64,000 nucleotides of DNA from Arenicellales bacterium (GCA_965116595.1 OZ220708.1:2212041-2276040); one strand, 5' to 3'. Positions 49,072-59,304 are shown, numbered from the stretch's first letter. Numbers and translations: made by a program. The notes: a model not told the origin generated them from the sequence alone.

Positions 49072-50583
49072 TCATATTGCCGATGCCATTGGCGCGACCC
49101 GGATACCGGGTCGTAAATTGCGGTAGGGCAGTTCTTCGAGTTTGCACGACAGCGCCCCCGGCGCACAGGCCAGCAGTGTTTCAGCCGCGATCGGATCAAA
49201 ATCCGCGCGAAAGTGTACGGTGCTTTTTATTGCGAGTATGCGCTGTTTGGTGGGTTCGACGCCCAGGTGCCGGAGCATCGCGAGATCAAGGCATTGCGCT
49301 CGTTCGCTATTGACAATCACGCGGACATCGCTGCCAGCGTCGATGATTCGCAACAAGGCCATTGGCCCAAGCTGCGCTTCGATATTCCGGTACATCTCGC
49401 CGGTGCAGGTGAAGCGGCCGTCGCCGAGCGCCTCAACTTTAACCGTACACTGATATGGCAATACACCCGGGAAGCCGGATTTGGCTCCCAACCGGACCTC
49501 CAGTTGTTGTCCAATTCCGGACTGATGGGCAAGTTCAGCGACCTGCGGATCGTACAGCATGGCCAGTACCGCGCCTTTGGCCTGATTGCTTACCAATGCT
49601 TTTAGCAAGCCGGTTGTATCCGATGTGCCTCCGCCGCCGGGATTATCCTGGACATCGGCAAGGACGACCGGTTTGTCCGTGTGCCATCGCATGGCCTGCC
49701 GGATGGCCTCATCGGGAGAAAGCAGCCGGGAAACAAACTGTGGCTCGGCATCGACAATCTGTTGCAGGCAGTCGTCCAGCACGGAGTCCACGGATGCCTG
49801 ATCCCGGCCATGTATCAATATCGCGGGGCCGCATTGGGCAATATCGGCAGACGGAAATCCGGGGGCAAATTCAGCGCTGACGACAGCCGGGCTGGTCTGT
49901 TCCAGGCAGGCAAGGTCGCGGTAAATCGACTTGCATGGTTCATGGTCGGTACACTGGGATGTCAATGGGATCAGGAAAGGGATTTTCCTCATGCCGCTGA
50001 CCATTTTTCCAGTTGACAGTATGTTGTTCAGCAAGGCATGAGCCCGGGCTCCGGTCTGCGCCATGTCGAGGTGCGGATAAGTCCGGAAAACCGTGATTGC
50101 ATCCGATTGTTCGATCATGGCGTCAGTGATATTGGCGTGCAGGTCCAGGCTTACGACCAGCGGCATGTCCGGCCCGATCACCGCCCTCACACGGCGTAAT
50201 AATTCGCCTTCGCCGTCTTCGAAGCTTTCCACCACCATGGCGCCGTGCAAATCGAGATAGACCGCATCCAGGTTCTCAGTGGCCTGCAAGGAATCACATA
50301 TCCGGCTGGAAACCTTCTCGTAGGCATCATCGGTGACCAGGCTGCTTGGTTCCGCTGAACACCACAATATCGGAATCAGTTGCCGGTTGTCTCTGCGTGC
50401 CGCCTCGATAAATCCCGAGATCGGGATATTCAGCCCAGGGAATTCGGCAAGCAGATCGTTGCCGCACGTCAACCCCGGCCAGCCATCGGCTTTGACGAAG
50501 GCAGGGTAGTCGGCCTGGTGCGGAGCGAAGGTATTTGTTTCGTGCTGGAAGCCAGCGATGGCGATACGGATGGGTGAGGTCAT
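49072..50583 (-). CDS. M81-family metallopeptidase (MlrC-like)
   Basis: IAIAGFQHETNTF, LDLHGAM, DGEGELL, LDLHAN, YPHLD, DVQDNPGGG and KSTVHFRADF. ATG at 50583 overlaps the upstream stop (TAATG). Confidence 0.9.
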   Translation of the reverse strand: MTSPIRIAIAGFQHETNTFAPHQADYPAFVKADGWPGLTCGNDLLAEFPGLNIPISGFIEAARRDNRQLIPILWCSAEPSSLVTDDAYEKVSSRICDSLQATENLDAVYLDLHGAMVVESFEDGEGELLRRVRAVIGPDMPLVVSLDLHANITDAMIEQSDAITVFRTYPHLDMAQTGARAHALLNNILSTGKMVSGMRKIPFLIPLTSQCTDHEPCKSIYRDLACLEQTSPAVVSAEFAPGFPSADIAQCGPAILIHGRDQASVDSVLDDCLQQIVDAEPQFVSRLLSPDEAIRQAMRWHTDKPVVLADVQDNPGGGGTSDTTGLLKALVSNQAKGAVLAMLYDPQVAELAHQSGIGQQLEVRLGAKSGFPGVLPYQCTVKVEALGDGRFTCTGEMYRNIEAQLGPMALLRIIDAGSDVRVIVNSERAQCLDLAMLRHLGVEPTKQRILAIKSTVHFRADFDPIAAETLLACAPGALSCKLEELPYRNLRPGIRVAPMASAI

Positions 50584-53500
50584 TAACTGTACTCCCTTCG
50601 GGATTCCCACGGACGCATGAACAAGCGGTAGAGTAACGGGATAAAAAATAATGTAAGCATGGTGGAGACGGTTAGGCCCCAGACCATGGAGGCGGCCACC
50701 GGGCCCCACAGGAGTGATTCTCCGCCGAGACCGGTAGCCAGTGAAAACAGGCCGGCGATGGTGGTCAGCGAGGTGATTAAAATCGGGATGACCCGACGAC
50801 GGGAAGCGTAAATAATCGCGTTGGTGGTACTCATACCCGATCTCAGCCTGGCATTGGCGGTCGAGAGCAAAACAATCGCCGCATTTACCGCAATGCCCGC
50901 CAGGGCTACGATCCCATAAAGGCTGAACAGGCTCAATGGATATTGGCTGATCAGCAGGCCGAGCACGACCCCGGTTGCGGCCATGGGTACCGTCATAATA
51001 ATCAGAAAAGGCTGGAAATAGCTTCGGAACTGGGTGCCGAGTATCAGGTAGATCAATCCCAGACCCATCAGGAAGAATAATCCGATGGCATTCAGGCTTT
51101 CCTGTATATCGTCAATTACGCCGCTGAAATCGAGGTCCATATTGGGATACCGATGGCGAATGGACTGCCAGAATTCCCGTATCATTTGATTGGCTTTGAA
51201 CTCGTCTGTCATTCCCTTGTGAATATCCGCTTCAATGGTGATATTGCGGCGATAGTTGTAGTGGCGAATGGTGTCCGGGCTGTTGGAATAGGTGGCGTGA
51301 ACCAGTTGATTGAGAGGGATCAGGTTACCGTCCTTTGTCGGCAGTCGAAATCTGAGGATTTCACTGATTTGGCTCAAATTGTTTTCTGCCGTCAGGCGGA
51401 TGTCGATTTTTTCGCCCAGATAGCGGAAGTTGGTGACGACTTCACCGTCAACCAGGAGTCGGAGTGTCTGTCCAATAGTATTCGGGTCAATCCCGGTGCG
51501 TTGTACTGCGGCGCTGTTGATTTGCAGGTCCAGGGTGTTTTGACCGGGAAGATTACTGTCCGAGATTTCATGAAAGACTGGCTGCCCGGCCATGAATTGC
51601 TTGATTTCTTCAGAGGCGTTGATGAGCTCATCCAGATTGTCGCCGCGGACCTTGACACTGATTGCCCTGGTGAGCGGGGGGCCGCCAGCCAGACGCAGAA
51701 AAGAAAGCTCTTCTATGCCGGGAACTTCGGCCAGTTTCTTTTGCAGGGAGTGGATTAATTCATCCACAGACCGGTTGACTTTGTCTTTTGGTTTCAGGGA
51801 GACCAGGACTTGCCCGTATTGTTCACTGAAAATGATCTCGGTCTTGGTCAGCAGCTGCCCGGCATAACTCACTACCGAACGGGTTTCCCCGGGTTCGATT
51901 TCCCCGTTCACGATGTGCTCAACCTGTAAAACCTTGTCCATGGTGGTACGCAGTTCGGTCCCCGCCGGCATTTCGATGCTGACGTAAAATAACCGGATCG
52001 GGTCGCTGGCGAAGAAATCGATTTTGATCTTTTCGTAGTAGACTGTACCCAGAGCGCCCGAAAACAGGGTGACCAGGATGATCAGGGCGATGATCGGGTG
52101 TCTGAAAACCCGGATCAGGACCCGGATGTAAATGTGTCTCAGGGAGTATTGGAACTTCTCCCTGGCCCGATGAATTCGTGAATCCCGCCTGAAATTCACC
52201 TTTGCCACAATAATATGCGCGGGCAGAAGCCAGTAGGCTTCAACCAGGCTGATGACCAGGGCGGTGGTCACGACCATGGGTATGATGAGCATGAATTGAC
52301 CCAGTACCCCGGGCAATAGCATCAGTGGCAGAAAGGCCGCAATCGTGGTCAGCACCGCGGTGGTCACAGGGCTGATGACCTCCTGCAGTCCCTGAATGGT
52401 TGCCTGTAGCGTGGCGGCGCCTCGCTGCAGGCGGTAGTAAATCGCTTCGACCACGACCACGGCATCGTCGACCAGCATACCGAGGCTGATTACGACACCC
52501 AGCAGTACGGTGACGTTCAGCGTTTGCCCGATACTGTTCAGGAACCAGAATACGCCTGCCAGTATGAACGGGATCGCGATGCCGGTGAGCAATGCGATCG
52601 GAGCGCCTAGAAAAATCCAGGTCACGGCCAGTACCATGATCAACCCCAGGGTCGCATTGGTCTGCATGGTGTTGAGCGCATCGCGGGTGATCTGTGTCTG
52701 GTCATCGACCAGTGTCACGGTAACCCCGGTGTTTTTGAAAAGAGGTTGATTGTCGTCAATGTAGTCTGAAATTCGCTCGACCAGTTGCAGTATGTTTTGT
52801 TTTTCCTGTTTGGTGATGGTAAACAGCACGGAGGGTTGCCGGTTGAATCTAACCAGTTGGCTGACGGGTTCCTTGGCTTGTATGACCCTGGCGACTTCTT
52901 TCAGTAAAATTTCTCCCTGCGAAGTGATAATGGGTAAATTATTCAGGTAATCGAGGTCGTAACGGCTGCCGGAAATCCGGATTGCCCAGTTGCTTTGCGC
53001 CACCTCCAGGGTGCCGGCGGAGATGTTCTGGAAATAGAGTCGGATGGTGTCCGCAAGATCAGAAGGCCCCAAGCCAAACTGTTCGAGTAATTCCGGGTTG
53101 AATACGATATGTATCTCCGGGTCGGACAAACCGTTTTGCAATACGCGGCTCACGCCTTTCAGTTGTTCCAGGTCTTGTCTGATCAGGGTTGACTGTCGTC
53201 TCAGGTTCTCGTCATCGACCACTGAACTGACCACCACGGTAGCCGTGGGCAGGGCGTTGTCGGTCGTGATTTCGAATATAAAAGGGTCGAGCGCGGTCTC
53301 AGGCAACTCGTCCTTGATGTTCTCGATCTCCCGCCTCAGGTCGGCGACCCTTTTTTCAAATGTTCTCCCGGTGATCTCTTCAAACCGGATCAGTAGCGTG
53401 GAAACGCCTTCCCTGCTGGCGCTGGAGACGAACTTGATGTCGGAAACCTTGCGCACCGCATCTTCGATGACATTGGTTACCTGCTTTTCAACATCCGGGG

Positions 53501-53660
53501 TCGATGCGCCCGGCCAGATTGTGTTTATGTTGATCCAGTTAAAGTTGATGGACGGGTCCTGCGCTCTGGGCATCAGCAGATAGGACCCGGTCCCCAGGAC
53601 CAGGACCAGGACAAACAGCAGGTTTGCCAGAACATGGTTTTGGAGAATACGCTGAAACAT
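50583..53660 (-). CDS. RND efflux transporter permease (AcrB/AcrD/AcrF family)
   Basis: About 1025 aa; LGMLVDDAVVVVE, TTIAAFLPL, SLVEAYWLLPAH, QFRSYFQP, GIAVNAAIVL and PILITSLTT. Start 53660 or 53687. Confidence 0.92.
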   Translation of the reverse strand: MFQRILQNHVLANLLFVLVLVLGTGSYLLMPRAQDPSINFNWININTIWPGASTPDVEKQVTNVIEDAVRKVSDIKFVSSASREGVSTLLIRFEEITGRTFEKRVADLRREIENIKDELPETALDPFIFEITTDNALPTATVVVSSVVDDENLRRQSTLIRQDLEQLKGVSRVLQNGLSDPEIHIVFNPELLEQFGLGPSDLADTIRLYFQNISAGTLEVAQSNWAIRISGSRYDLDYLNNLPIITSQGEILLKEVARVIQAKEPVSQLVRFNRQPSVLFTITKQEKQNILQLVERISDYIDDNQPLFKNTGVTVTLVDDQTQITRDALNTMQTNATLGLIMVLAVTWIFLGAPIALLTGIAIPFILAGVFWFLNSIGQTLNVTVLLGVVISLGMLVDDAVVVVEAIYYRLQRGAATLQATIQGLQEVISPVTTAVLTTIAAFLPLMLLPGVLGQFMLIIPMVVTTALVISLVEAYWLLPAHIIVAKVNFRRDSRIHRAREKFQYSLRHIYIRVLIRVFRHPIIALIILVTLFSGALGTVYYEKIKIDFFASDPIRLFYVSIEMPAGTELRTTMDKVLQVEHIVNGEIEPGETRSVVSYAGQLLTKTEIIFSEQYGQVLVSLKPKDKVNRSVDELIHSLQKKLAEVPGIEELSFLRLAGGPPLTRAISVKVRGDNLDELINASEEIKQFMAGQPVFHEISDSNLPGQNTLDLQINSAAVQRTGIDPNTIGQTLRLLVDGEVVTNFRYLGEKIDIRLTAENNLSQISEILRFRLPTKDGNLIPLNQLVHATYSNSPDTIRHYNYRRNITIEADIHKGMTDEFKANQMIREFWQSIRHRYPNMDLDFSGVIDDIQESLNAIGLFFLMGLGLIYLILGTQFRSYFQPFLIIMTVPMAATGVVLGLLISQYPLSLFSLYGIVALAGIAVNAAIVLLSTANARLRSGMSTTNAIIYASRRRVIPILITSLTTIAGLFSLATGLGGESLLWGPVAASMVWGLTVSTMLTLFFIPLLYRLFMRPWESRREYS

Positions 53661-53683
53661 GATCCAAAAAGGAGACGACTGAA

Positions 53684-54715
53684 TCAATCGACGATTATTC
53701 TGGTTCCATCAGTCAGGGCAAACCGTCCTTCAGTCACCAACAGGGTGTCCCCTGGCAGATCAACAGCGACGGGTTGTCCCGGGTTTGCATTTGCGACAGG
53801 GATGAATCGCGCTGTCCTGTCGGTGTCGGAATTATCGACAATAAACAGTCCTCTTTGCCCATTACGTTCCAATATCAGTGAATCAGGCACGATATTGCCG
53901 GGTAATGACCACCGTAGTCTCCCTACAGTACCTGCGAGGGGAGTCCTGTCAGAGAAGCTGAGCCTGACTGTCCGGCTTTGGGAAGACGCATCCACCACGG
54001 TCAGAGTGGATCTGATGGTCACAGGATAGACCTGATTCTGGTACTTGAAGGTGAGCGACGGTGAGGCTGCCACCTGCGAAAGTTCGGTGTGGCTTAATTG
54101 AGTTTCCAGTTCAATACTTTCAGTGTCTGTAAGCGAGATGATCTTGCCTCCGGGCGTAACGAAGTTCCCCACTTCGCTGTGTATCTCGGTAATAATGCCT
54201 GAAAAGGGGGCCGTGATTTCACATTTCTCAACTTGTCTCCGGGCGATGTTGATGCTTATATTCTGAGAATTGATCCTGGCTATTACTGAATTAAGTTCAG
54301 ATTGCTTCTGGTTGATGGCTTCTTCGGATGCATTATTCGATTTTCTCAATTGATTGAGCCGTGAGAGTTGTTTGCTTGCCAGAACTTTTGATTCGGATAA
54401 TACATCAAGCTCTGCTTTCTCCTGTTCCAGAGTCAGTTGATTGTCGATGCAGTCAAGCCGGGCGACAAGCTGGTTTTTCACAACCATATCTCCTACTTTC
54501 AATGGCAGTTCGCTTACCGTTGTCGTCAGTTGGGAGGCGACGGTGGATTGTCGCAGGCTCAAGGCTTGAGCGGGCGCTGAACGGGTGATTTTGATTGTAA
54601 GCTGTTCCAGAGGCTGTGCCTGAACCCGGATATCAGCGCCGGATACAGCCGCATGGGTCAGGCATGAAAGTAATAACAAGCCCTTGCCAGTACGGTTGAT
54701 TAATCCTGGTCGCAT
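53684..54715 (-). CDS. RND efflux periplasmic adaptor (membrane fusion protein)
   Basis: Signal peptide; lipoyl/hairpin motifs KVGDMVVKNQLVARLD and ITAPFSGII; directly upstream of the RND gene. Confidence 0.88.
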   Translation of the reverse strand: MRPGLINRTGKGLLLLSCLTHAAVSGADIRVQAQPLEQLTIKITRSAPAQALSLRQSTVASQLTTTVSELPLKVGDMVVKNQLVARLDCIDNQLTLEQEKAELDVLSESKVLASKQLSRLNQLRKSNNASEEAINQKQSELNSVIARINSQNISINIARRQVEKCEITAPFSGIITEIHSEVGNFVTPGGKIISLTDTESIELETQLSHTELSQVAASPSLTFKYQNQVYPVTIRSTLTVVDASSQSRTVRLSFSDRTPLAGTVGRLRWSLPGNIVPDSLILERNGQRGLFIVDNSDTDRTARFIPVANANPGQPVAVDLPGDTLLVTEGRFALTDGTRIIVD

Positions 54716-54765
54716 GGCTGTTTTACTGTGAGACTTAAGGACATGCCGGTGGGAGACTGCATGGA

Positions 54766-55890
54766 TCAGCTTTGATGCAATATTCTCAACATCCGGCGCA
54801 AGGGTTCAGCCGCTCCCCACAATAGTTGATCGCCTACCGTAAAAGCGGATATCAAACCTTTTTCGATGTTCAGCTTTTTAAGTCGGCCAATCGGAATATT
54901 GAGCGTTCCCGAAGTCGCTGCGGGACACAATTGACTTAAAGATTGCTCGCGCTCGTTGGCAATCAAGGTTACCCAGTCATTTGCATTGGACAGGATTTCC
55001 TGCAATTCATCCAGTGGCAGGTCCGCCTTCAGCTTGATGGTAAACGCCTGGCTGTGGCAACGCATCGTCCCGATTCGAATGCAGGTGCTTTCAATCGGGA
55101 TCATTGCATCGGCCTGCCGCCCCAGGATTTTGTTGGATTCCACCGAACCTTTCCATTCTTCCCGGCTGGTACCGGAGTCGAGGTCACTGTCAATCCAGGA
55201 CAGCAGGTTACCGGCAAGAGGATATCCGATTTCGTCATTTGGAAAATCGGCAGAGTGAATTGTTTCACTCATATTCCTGTCGATATCCAGAATCGAGCTG
55301 TCAGGATCGCCAAGCAATTCCCTCGCATTGCGGTTGACCATGCCCATTTGCTCCACCAGTTCCCGCATTTGCCGCGCACCCCCTCCGGAGATTGCCTGGT
55401 AGGTCATCACTGTCATCCATTCAATCTGATCAGCGCTGAACAATCCGTCCAGAGCCATCATCATCAAACTGACAGTACAGTTGCCACCAATAAAGTCCTT
55501 GTGCCCGACAGCCAACCCCTGTTCGATTACAGGCAGGTTGACCGGGTCGAGAATGATCGTGGCATGTTCCGCCATTCGCAGGGTCGATGCCGCATCGATC
55601 CAGTAGCCGTTCCAGTCCCGTTGGCGGAGCTTTTGGTGTACGTCAGAGGTGAAGCCGCTACCCTGACAGGTAACAATGACATCGAGTTGCGAAAGGGAAT
55701 CGATGTCGTGAGCGTCCGCCAGTGGTTTTACCTCCCGACCAATATCCGGACCCGGTCGTCCGGCCTGTGAAGTGGTATAGAAGATTGGTTCGTCTATCAG
55801 GGCAAAATCATCTTCCTCGCGCATCCTCTCAAGGAGCACCGAACCGACCATACCTCGCCAGCCGACGAAGCCAACACGATGTAGCTGCAT
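54766..55890 (-). CDS. asd: Aspartate-semialdehyde dehydrogenase
   Basis: VGFVGWRGMVGSVL, YWIDAASTLRM, GGNCTVSL, YQAISGGG, MRCHSQ and FTVGDQLLWGAAEPLRR. Confidence 0.97.
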   Translation of the reverse strand: MQLHRVGFVGWRGMVGSVLLERMREEDDFALIDEPIFYTTSQAGRPGPDIGREVKPLADAHDIDSLSQLDVIVTCQGSGFTSDVHQKLRQRDWNGYWIDAASTLRMAEHATIILDPVNLPVIEQGLAVGHKDFIGGNCTVSLMMMALDGLFSADQIEWMTVMTYQAISGGGARQMRELVEQMGMVNRNARELLGDPDSSILDIDRNMSETIHSADFPNDEIGYPLAGNLLSWIDSDLDSGTSREEWKGSVESNKILGRQADAMIPIESTCIRIGTMRCHSQAFTIKLKADLPLDELQEILSNANDWVTLIANEREQSLSQLCPAATSGTLNIPIGRLKKLNIEKGLISAFTVGDQLLWGAAEPLRRMLRILHQS

Positions 55891-56047
55891 TATTTGTTCT
55901 CTACCGGAGCTTATTTAAAACGGGTGTCGGATTATACTGACTTTTCAACGAAAATATTGTATGACATCTGAAATTCAGCTTGTAGATTGCAGGGTTGGCC
56001 TTTAGAATACAGGCCCCCGATATTGAGGGATACGGTGTTTCAAGGTT

Positions 56048-56107
56048 TGCCAGTTCGATCGGGTGAATTACCACTCACGAACCGGATCTTACTTTGGCAC
56101 AGGTAAT
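56048..56107 (+). promoter_or_regulatory. Candidate rpsO (S15) autoregulatory leader structure
   Basis: Stem GTTCG..GGGTG-AATTAC-CACTC..CGAAC. Loop ATTAC is complementary to GTAAT at 56103-56107, which could form a pseudoknot just 5' of the RBS. Confidence 0.4.
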
Positions 56108-56130
56108 AGTCTGATTAAGAGGAAAAATAA

Positions 56131-56400
56131 ATGGCCCTGGGAGCCAAAGATAAGGCCGCTGTTGTAAAAGAGCATCAGCGTGCCGAGGGAGATACTGGTT
56201 CTCCTGAAGTTCAAATTGCGCTAATGACGGCGCGCATCCTGGATCTGTCCGATCATTTCAAGACCCATATTCACGATCATCATTCCCGGCAGGGTTTGCT
56301 GCGGTTGGTTAATCACCGCCGAAAACTGCTGAGCTATTTAAGAAAAACTGATATCGAGCGCTATCGGGCGTTGATCAGCAAGTTAGGTCTGCGCAAGTAG
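56131..56400 (+). CDS. rpsO: 30S ribosomal protein S15
   Basis: 89 aa; [30 protein letters not shown] and KLGLRK. Confidence 0.98.
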   Translation: MALGAKDKAAVVKEHQRAEGDTGSPEVQIALMTARILDLSDHFKTHIHDHHSRQGLLRLVNHRRKLLSYLRKTDIERYRALISKLGLRK

Positions 56401-56427
56401 TAGCCAAACACTACAGGAGATAATAAA

Positions 56428-58518
56428 TTGAATAAAGTAGTAAAGACCTTTCAGTATGGTCAACATGAGGTACGCCTTGAAACCGGCGCTGTTGCCAGAC
56501 AGGCAGATGGTGCGGTATTGGCGAGTATGGGCGATACCATGGTATTGGTAACCGTGGTTGGACGCAGGGACTATCGCGGACACGATTTCTTCCCGCTCAC
56601 TGTAGACTATGAAGAAAGGACTTATGCTGCGGGCAAGATCCCGGGAGGTTTTTTCAAGCGCGAAGGGCGGCCTTCTGAGAGCTCTGTCCTTACCTGCCGG
56701 TTGATTGACCGACCGATCAGACCACTGTTCACCAAAGGCTTCATGAACGAAGTACAGGTCGTGGTCACAGTAATGTCGGTCGACCCGGAGATCAGTGCCG
56801 ACATCGTTGCGCTGATCGGAACGTCAGCAGCGATTGAAATCTCCGGTTTGCCATTCAATGGTCCGATGGGCGCTGCCCGTGTAGGTTATGTCGATGGTGA
56901 ATATGTGCTCAACCCCGGTCTTTCGGTATTGTCCGAAAAGTCGTCACTGGATCTGGTGGTCGCAGGTACTGAATCCGCAGTTCTGATGGTTGAATCACAA
57001 GCCAGCATTCTGACCGAAGAGCAAATGCTCGGTGCAGTCATGTTTGGTCATCAACAAAGCCGGGTCATGACCAATGCGATCAGGGAACTCGGACAACAGG
57101 CGGGCAAGGCAAAATGGGACTGGCATCCGCCTGTCGGGAGAGACCAGGCACTGACTGATCGGGTTGCCGGTCAGGTAGGCGATAGAATTGCAGAAGCCTA
57201 CCGGATTACCGACAAGGTCAGGCGGCTGAGCGCTGTCGGAGAAATCAGGGGTAGTGTCGTTGCCGCGCTTTGCCCTGAAGGCTCGGGAGACGACATTTCC
57301 GGTGCAGTGATTGCGGAAATCCAGTCACTCGAAAAACACCATGTTCGCAGCAGTATCATTGCCGGCAAGCCCAGAATCGATGGTCGTGATACCCGAACAG
57401 TCCGTCCTATCAATATAGAAGTCGGTGTTTTGCCAAGAACCCATGGTTCAGCCTTGTTCACCCGTGGCGAAACCCAGGCAATCGTTGTGGCCACACTCGG
57501 AACCGAACGGGATTCCCAGATTGTTGATGCACTGGAAGGCGATTATCGTGATGGCTTCATGCTGCACTACAATTTCCCTCCTTATTGTGTCGGAGAAACC
57601 GGACGGGTAGGGTCACCGAAGCGACGCGAAATAGGACATGGCCGTCTTGCAAAGCGCAGCATCATGGCGGTTCTCCCAACCCAGGAAGAATTTCCCTATA
57701 CCCTGCGGGTGGTTTCAGAAATAACCGAGTCCAATGGATCAAGCTCGATGGCAAGTGTATGTGGAACCAGTCTGGCGTTAATGGATGCGGGGGTTTGTAT
57801 CAAGGAACCGGTGGCCGGTGTGGCCATGGGTTTGATCAAGGAAGAAGACAGCTTCGCGGTGCTGACCGACATTCTGGGTGACGAAGATCATCTCGGTGAC
57901 ATGGATTTCAAGGTGGCCGGAACCACTGAAGGCATTACCGCCTTGCAAATGGACATAAAGATTAATGGCATTACCGAAGAGATCATGCGAAAAGCGCTTG
58001 AGCAGGCGAAAGAAGGGCGCCTCCATATCCTCGGTGAAATGAACAAGACGATTGCTGCTCCACGCCAGGAAATGTCGGAGTTTGCGCCGCGAATCGTGAC
58101 GATCAATATTAATCCCGGAAAGATTCGTGACGTCATTGGCAAGGGCGGGGCGGTAATCCGGGCATTGTCGGAAGAAACCGGCGTGAACATTGACATTGAT
58201 GATGATGGAACAGTAAAAATTTCCTCTACGGATAATTCGGCAGCGAAAGAAGCTATTCGCAGAATCGAGCAAATTACCGCTGATGTCGAGGTAAACACCG
58301 TGTATGATGGCAAGGTTGTCCGATTGATGGATTTTGGCGCATTCGTCAATATCCTGCCTGGTCGCGATGGTCTGGTTCATATCTCCCAGATTTCAAATGA
58401 GCGGGTGAATCAGGTCAGTGATGCGCTCAAGGAAGGTGATCGGGTGAAGGTGAAAGTCCTTGAAGTGGATAAGCAGGGTCGTGTACGACTCAGTATGAAG
58501 GCGGTTGAAGGAAATTAA
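56428..58518 (+). CDS. pnp: Polyribonucleotide nucleotidyltransferase (PNPase)
   Basis: [56 protein letters not shown] and [12 protein letters not shown], plus KH and S1 domains. TTG start with AGGAG RBS. Confidence 0.98.
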   Translation: MNKVVKTFQYGQHEVRLETGAVARQADGAVLASMGDTMVLVTVVGRRDYRGHDFFPLTVDYEERTYAAGKIPGGFFKREGRPSESSVLTCRLIDRPIRPLFTKGFMNEVQVVVTVMSVDPEISADIVALIGTSAAIEISGLPFNGPMGAARVGYVDGEYVLNPGLSVLSEKSSLDLVVAGTESAVLMVESQASILTEEQMLGAVMFGHQQSRVMTNAIRELGQQAGKAKWDWHPPVGRDQALTDRVAGQVGDRIAEAYRITDKVRRLSAVGEIRGSVVAALCPEGSGDDISGAVIAEIQSLEKHHVRSSIIAGKPRIDGRDTRTVRPINIEVGVLPRTHGSALFTRGETQAIVVATLGTERDSQIVDALEGDYRDGFMLHYNFPPYCVGETGRVGSPKRREIGHGRLAKRSIMAVLPTQEEFPYTLRVVSEITESNGSSSMASVCGTSLALMDAGVCIKEPVAGVAMGLIKEEDSFAVLTDILGDEDHLGDMDFKVAGTTEGITALQMDIKINGITEEIMRKALEQAKEGRLHILGEMNKTIAAPRQEMSEFAPRIVTININPGKIRDVIGKGGAVIRALSEETGVNIDIDDDGTVKISSTDNSAAKEAIRRIEQITADVEVNTVYDGKVVRLMDFGAFVNILPGRDGLVHISQISNERVNQVSDALKEGDRVKVKVLEVDKQGRVRLSMKAVEGN

Positions 58519-58604
58519 GTCAATCTGTTGTTTAAACCATGTTTATGGGGTTCTTGAGATTATTCAGATCTGTGTTAGTCTGATCCGGGCGAATAATTTT
58601 TCCT

Positions 58605-59144
58605 GTGACTAAAATGAAAGATCACGAAGACGCACAGAACGAGAGCTTGCAGAAGGAACCTGAACCGTTTTTTTCACCTGATACTGCTGGCAAAAAACTG
58701 GCTGCTGCGCGAGAGGGCTGGGGGGTATCTGTGCAGGAAGTGGCAGACAATCTGAATCTGGGGGTCAGTATTATTGAGGCTGTCGAGGCAGATGAATATG
58801 ACAAGTTGCCTGGCTCCACGTTCGCCAGAGGCTATATTCGAGCCTATGCCAATCTTCTCCGGCTGGATCCGGATGAACTGATTGCCATGGTCGTTGTGAA
58901 ACCAGACCAATTGCTGGATATGCCATTGGGGAAGGGCCCCACTAAATTCAAGGGAAGATCTTTTGGAACGAACAGAAAACGCAGATCTGTTCTCCAATTT
59001 TTTCTCTTTGCATTGTTGTTCGTCGTTCTGGTGCTGTTTGGTCTGAATCAGTGGTTTCAACTGGATGTGGAAAAGCTTGTCGGCCCATACAAATTTCTGG
59101 CGTCGGAAACAGTTGAAAGCAGCCAGGAAGGCAGTGGAAACTAA
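58605..59144 (+). CDS. RodZ-like HTH protein with single TM and no large periplasmic domain
   Basis: GKKLAAAREGWGVSVQEVADNLNL...EAVEADEYDKLPGSTFARGYIRAYANLLRLD, then a basic patch, one TM and a tail of about 30 aa. Confidence 0.75.
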   Translation: MTKMKDHEDAQNESLQKEPEPFFSPDTAGKKLAAAREGWGVSVQEVADNLNLGVSIIEAVEADEYDKLPGSTFARGYIRAYANLLRLDPDELIAMVVVKPDQLLDMPLGKGPTKFKGRSFGTNRKRRSVLQFFLFALLFVVLVLFGLNQWFQLDVEKLVGPYKFLASETVESSQEGSGN

Positions 59145-59156
59145 TGGGTGATGTTG

Positions 59157-59304
59157 GTAGGGGCGGCGGGCCGGTTTGCGGGCCGGCACGGAGACCGGCC
59201 CCTACGATGATTACGGTTCGCGGGCTGGCGTAGGGGCGACCCTCTGTGGTCGCCCGTTAATGATGATAACGGGACGGCGGGCAGGCACGGGGACCTGCCC
59301 CTAC
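59157..59304. repeat. Tandem GTAG-type REP doublets (REPIN-like)
   Basis: Unit 1 is GTAGGGGC...GCCGGCACGGAGACCGGCCCCTAC (59157-59205). Unit 2 is GTAGGGGCGACCCTCTGTGGTCGCCC...GGGCAGGCACGGGGACCTGCCCCTAC (59230-59304). Each is bounded by inverted GTAGGGGC/GCCCCTAC. Confidence 0.75.

Noticed and set aside
49072-50583. Microcystin degradation (mlr) cluster
   Set aside because: There is no mlrA, mlrB or mlrD, and M81 homologues are common with other substrates.
32557-59304. Possible CRISPR array from the recurring palindromic 27-mers
   Set aside because: The copies are dispersed or inverted rather than regularly spaced direct repeats with unique spacers, and there are no cas genes.
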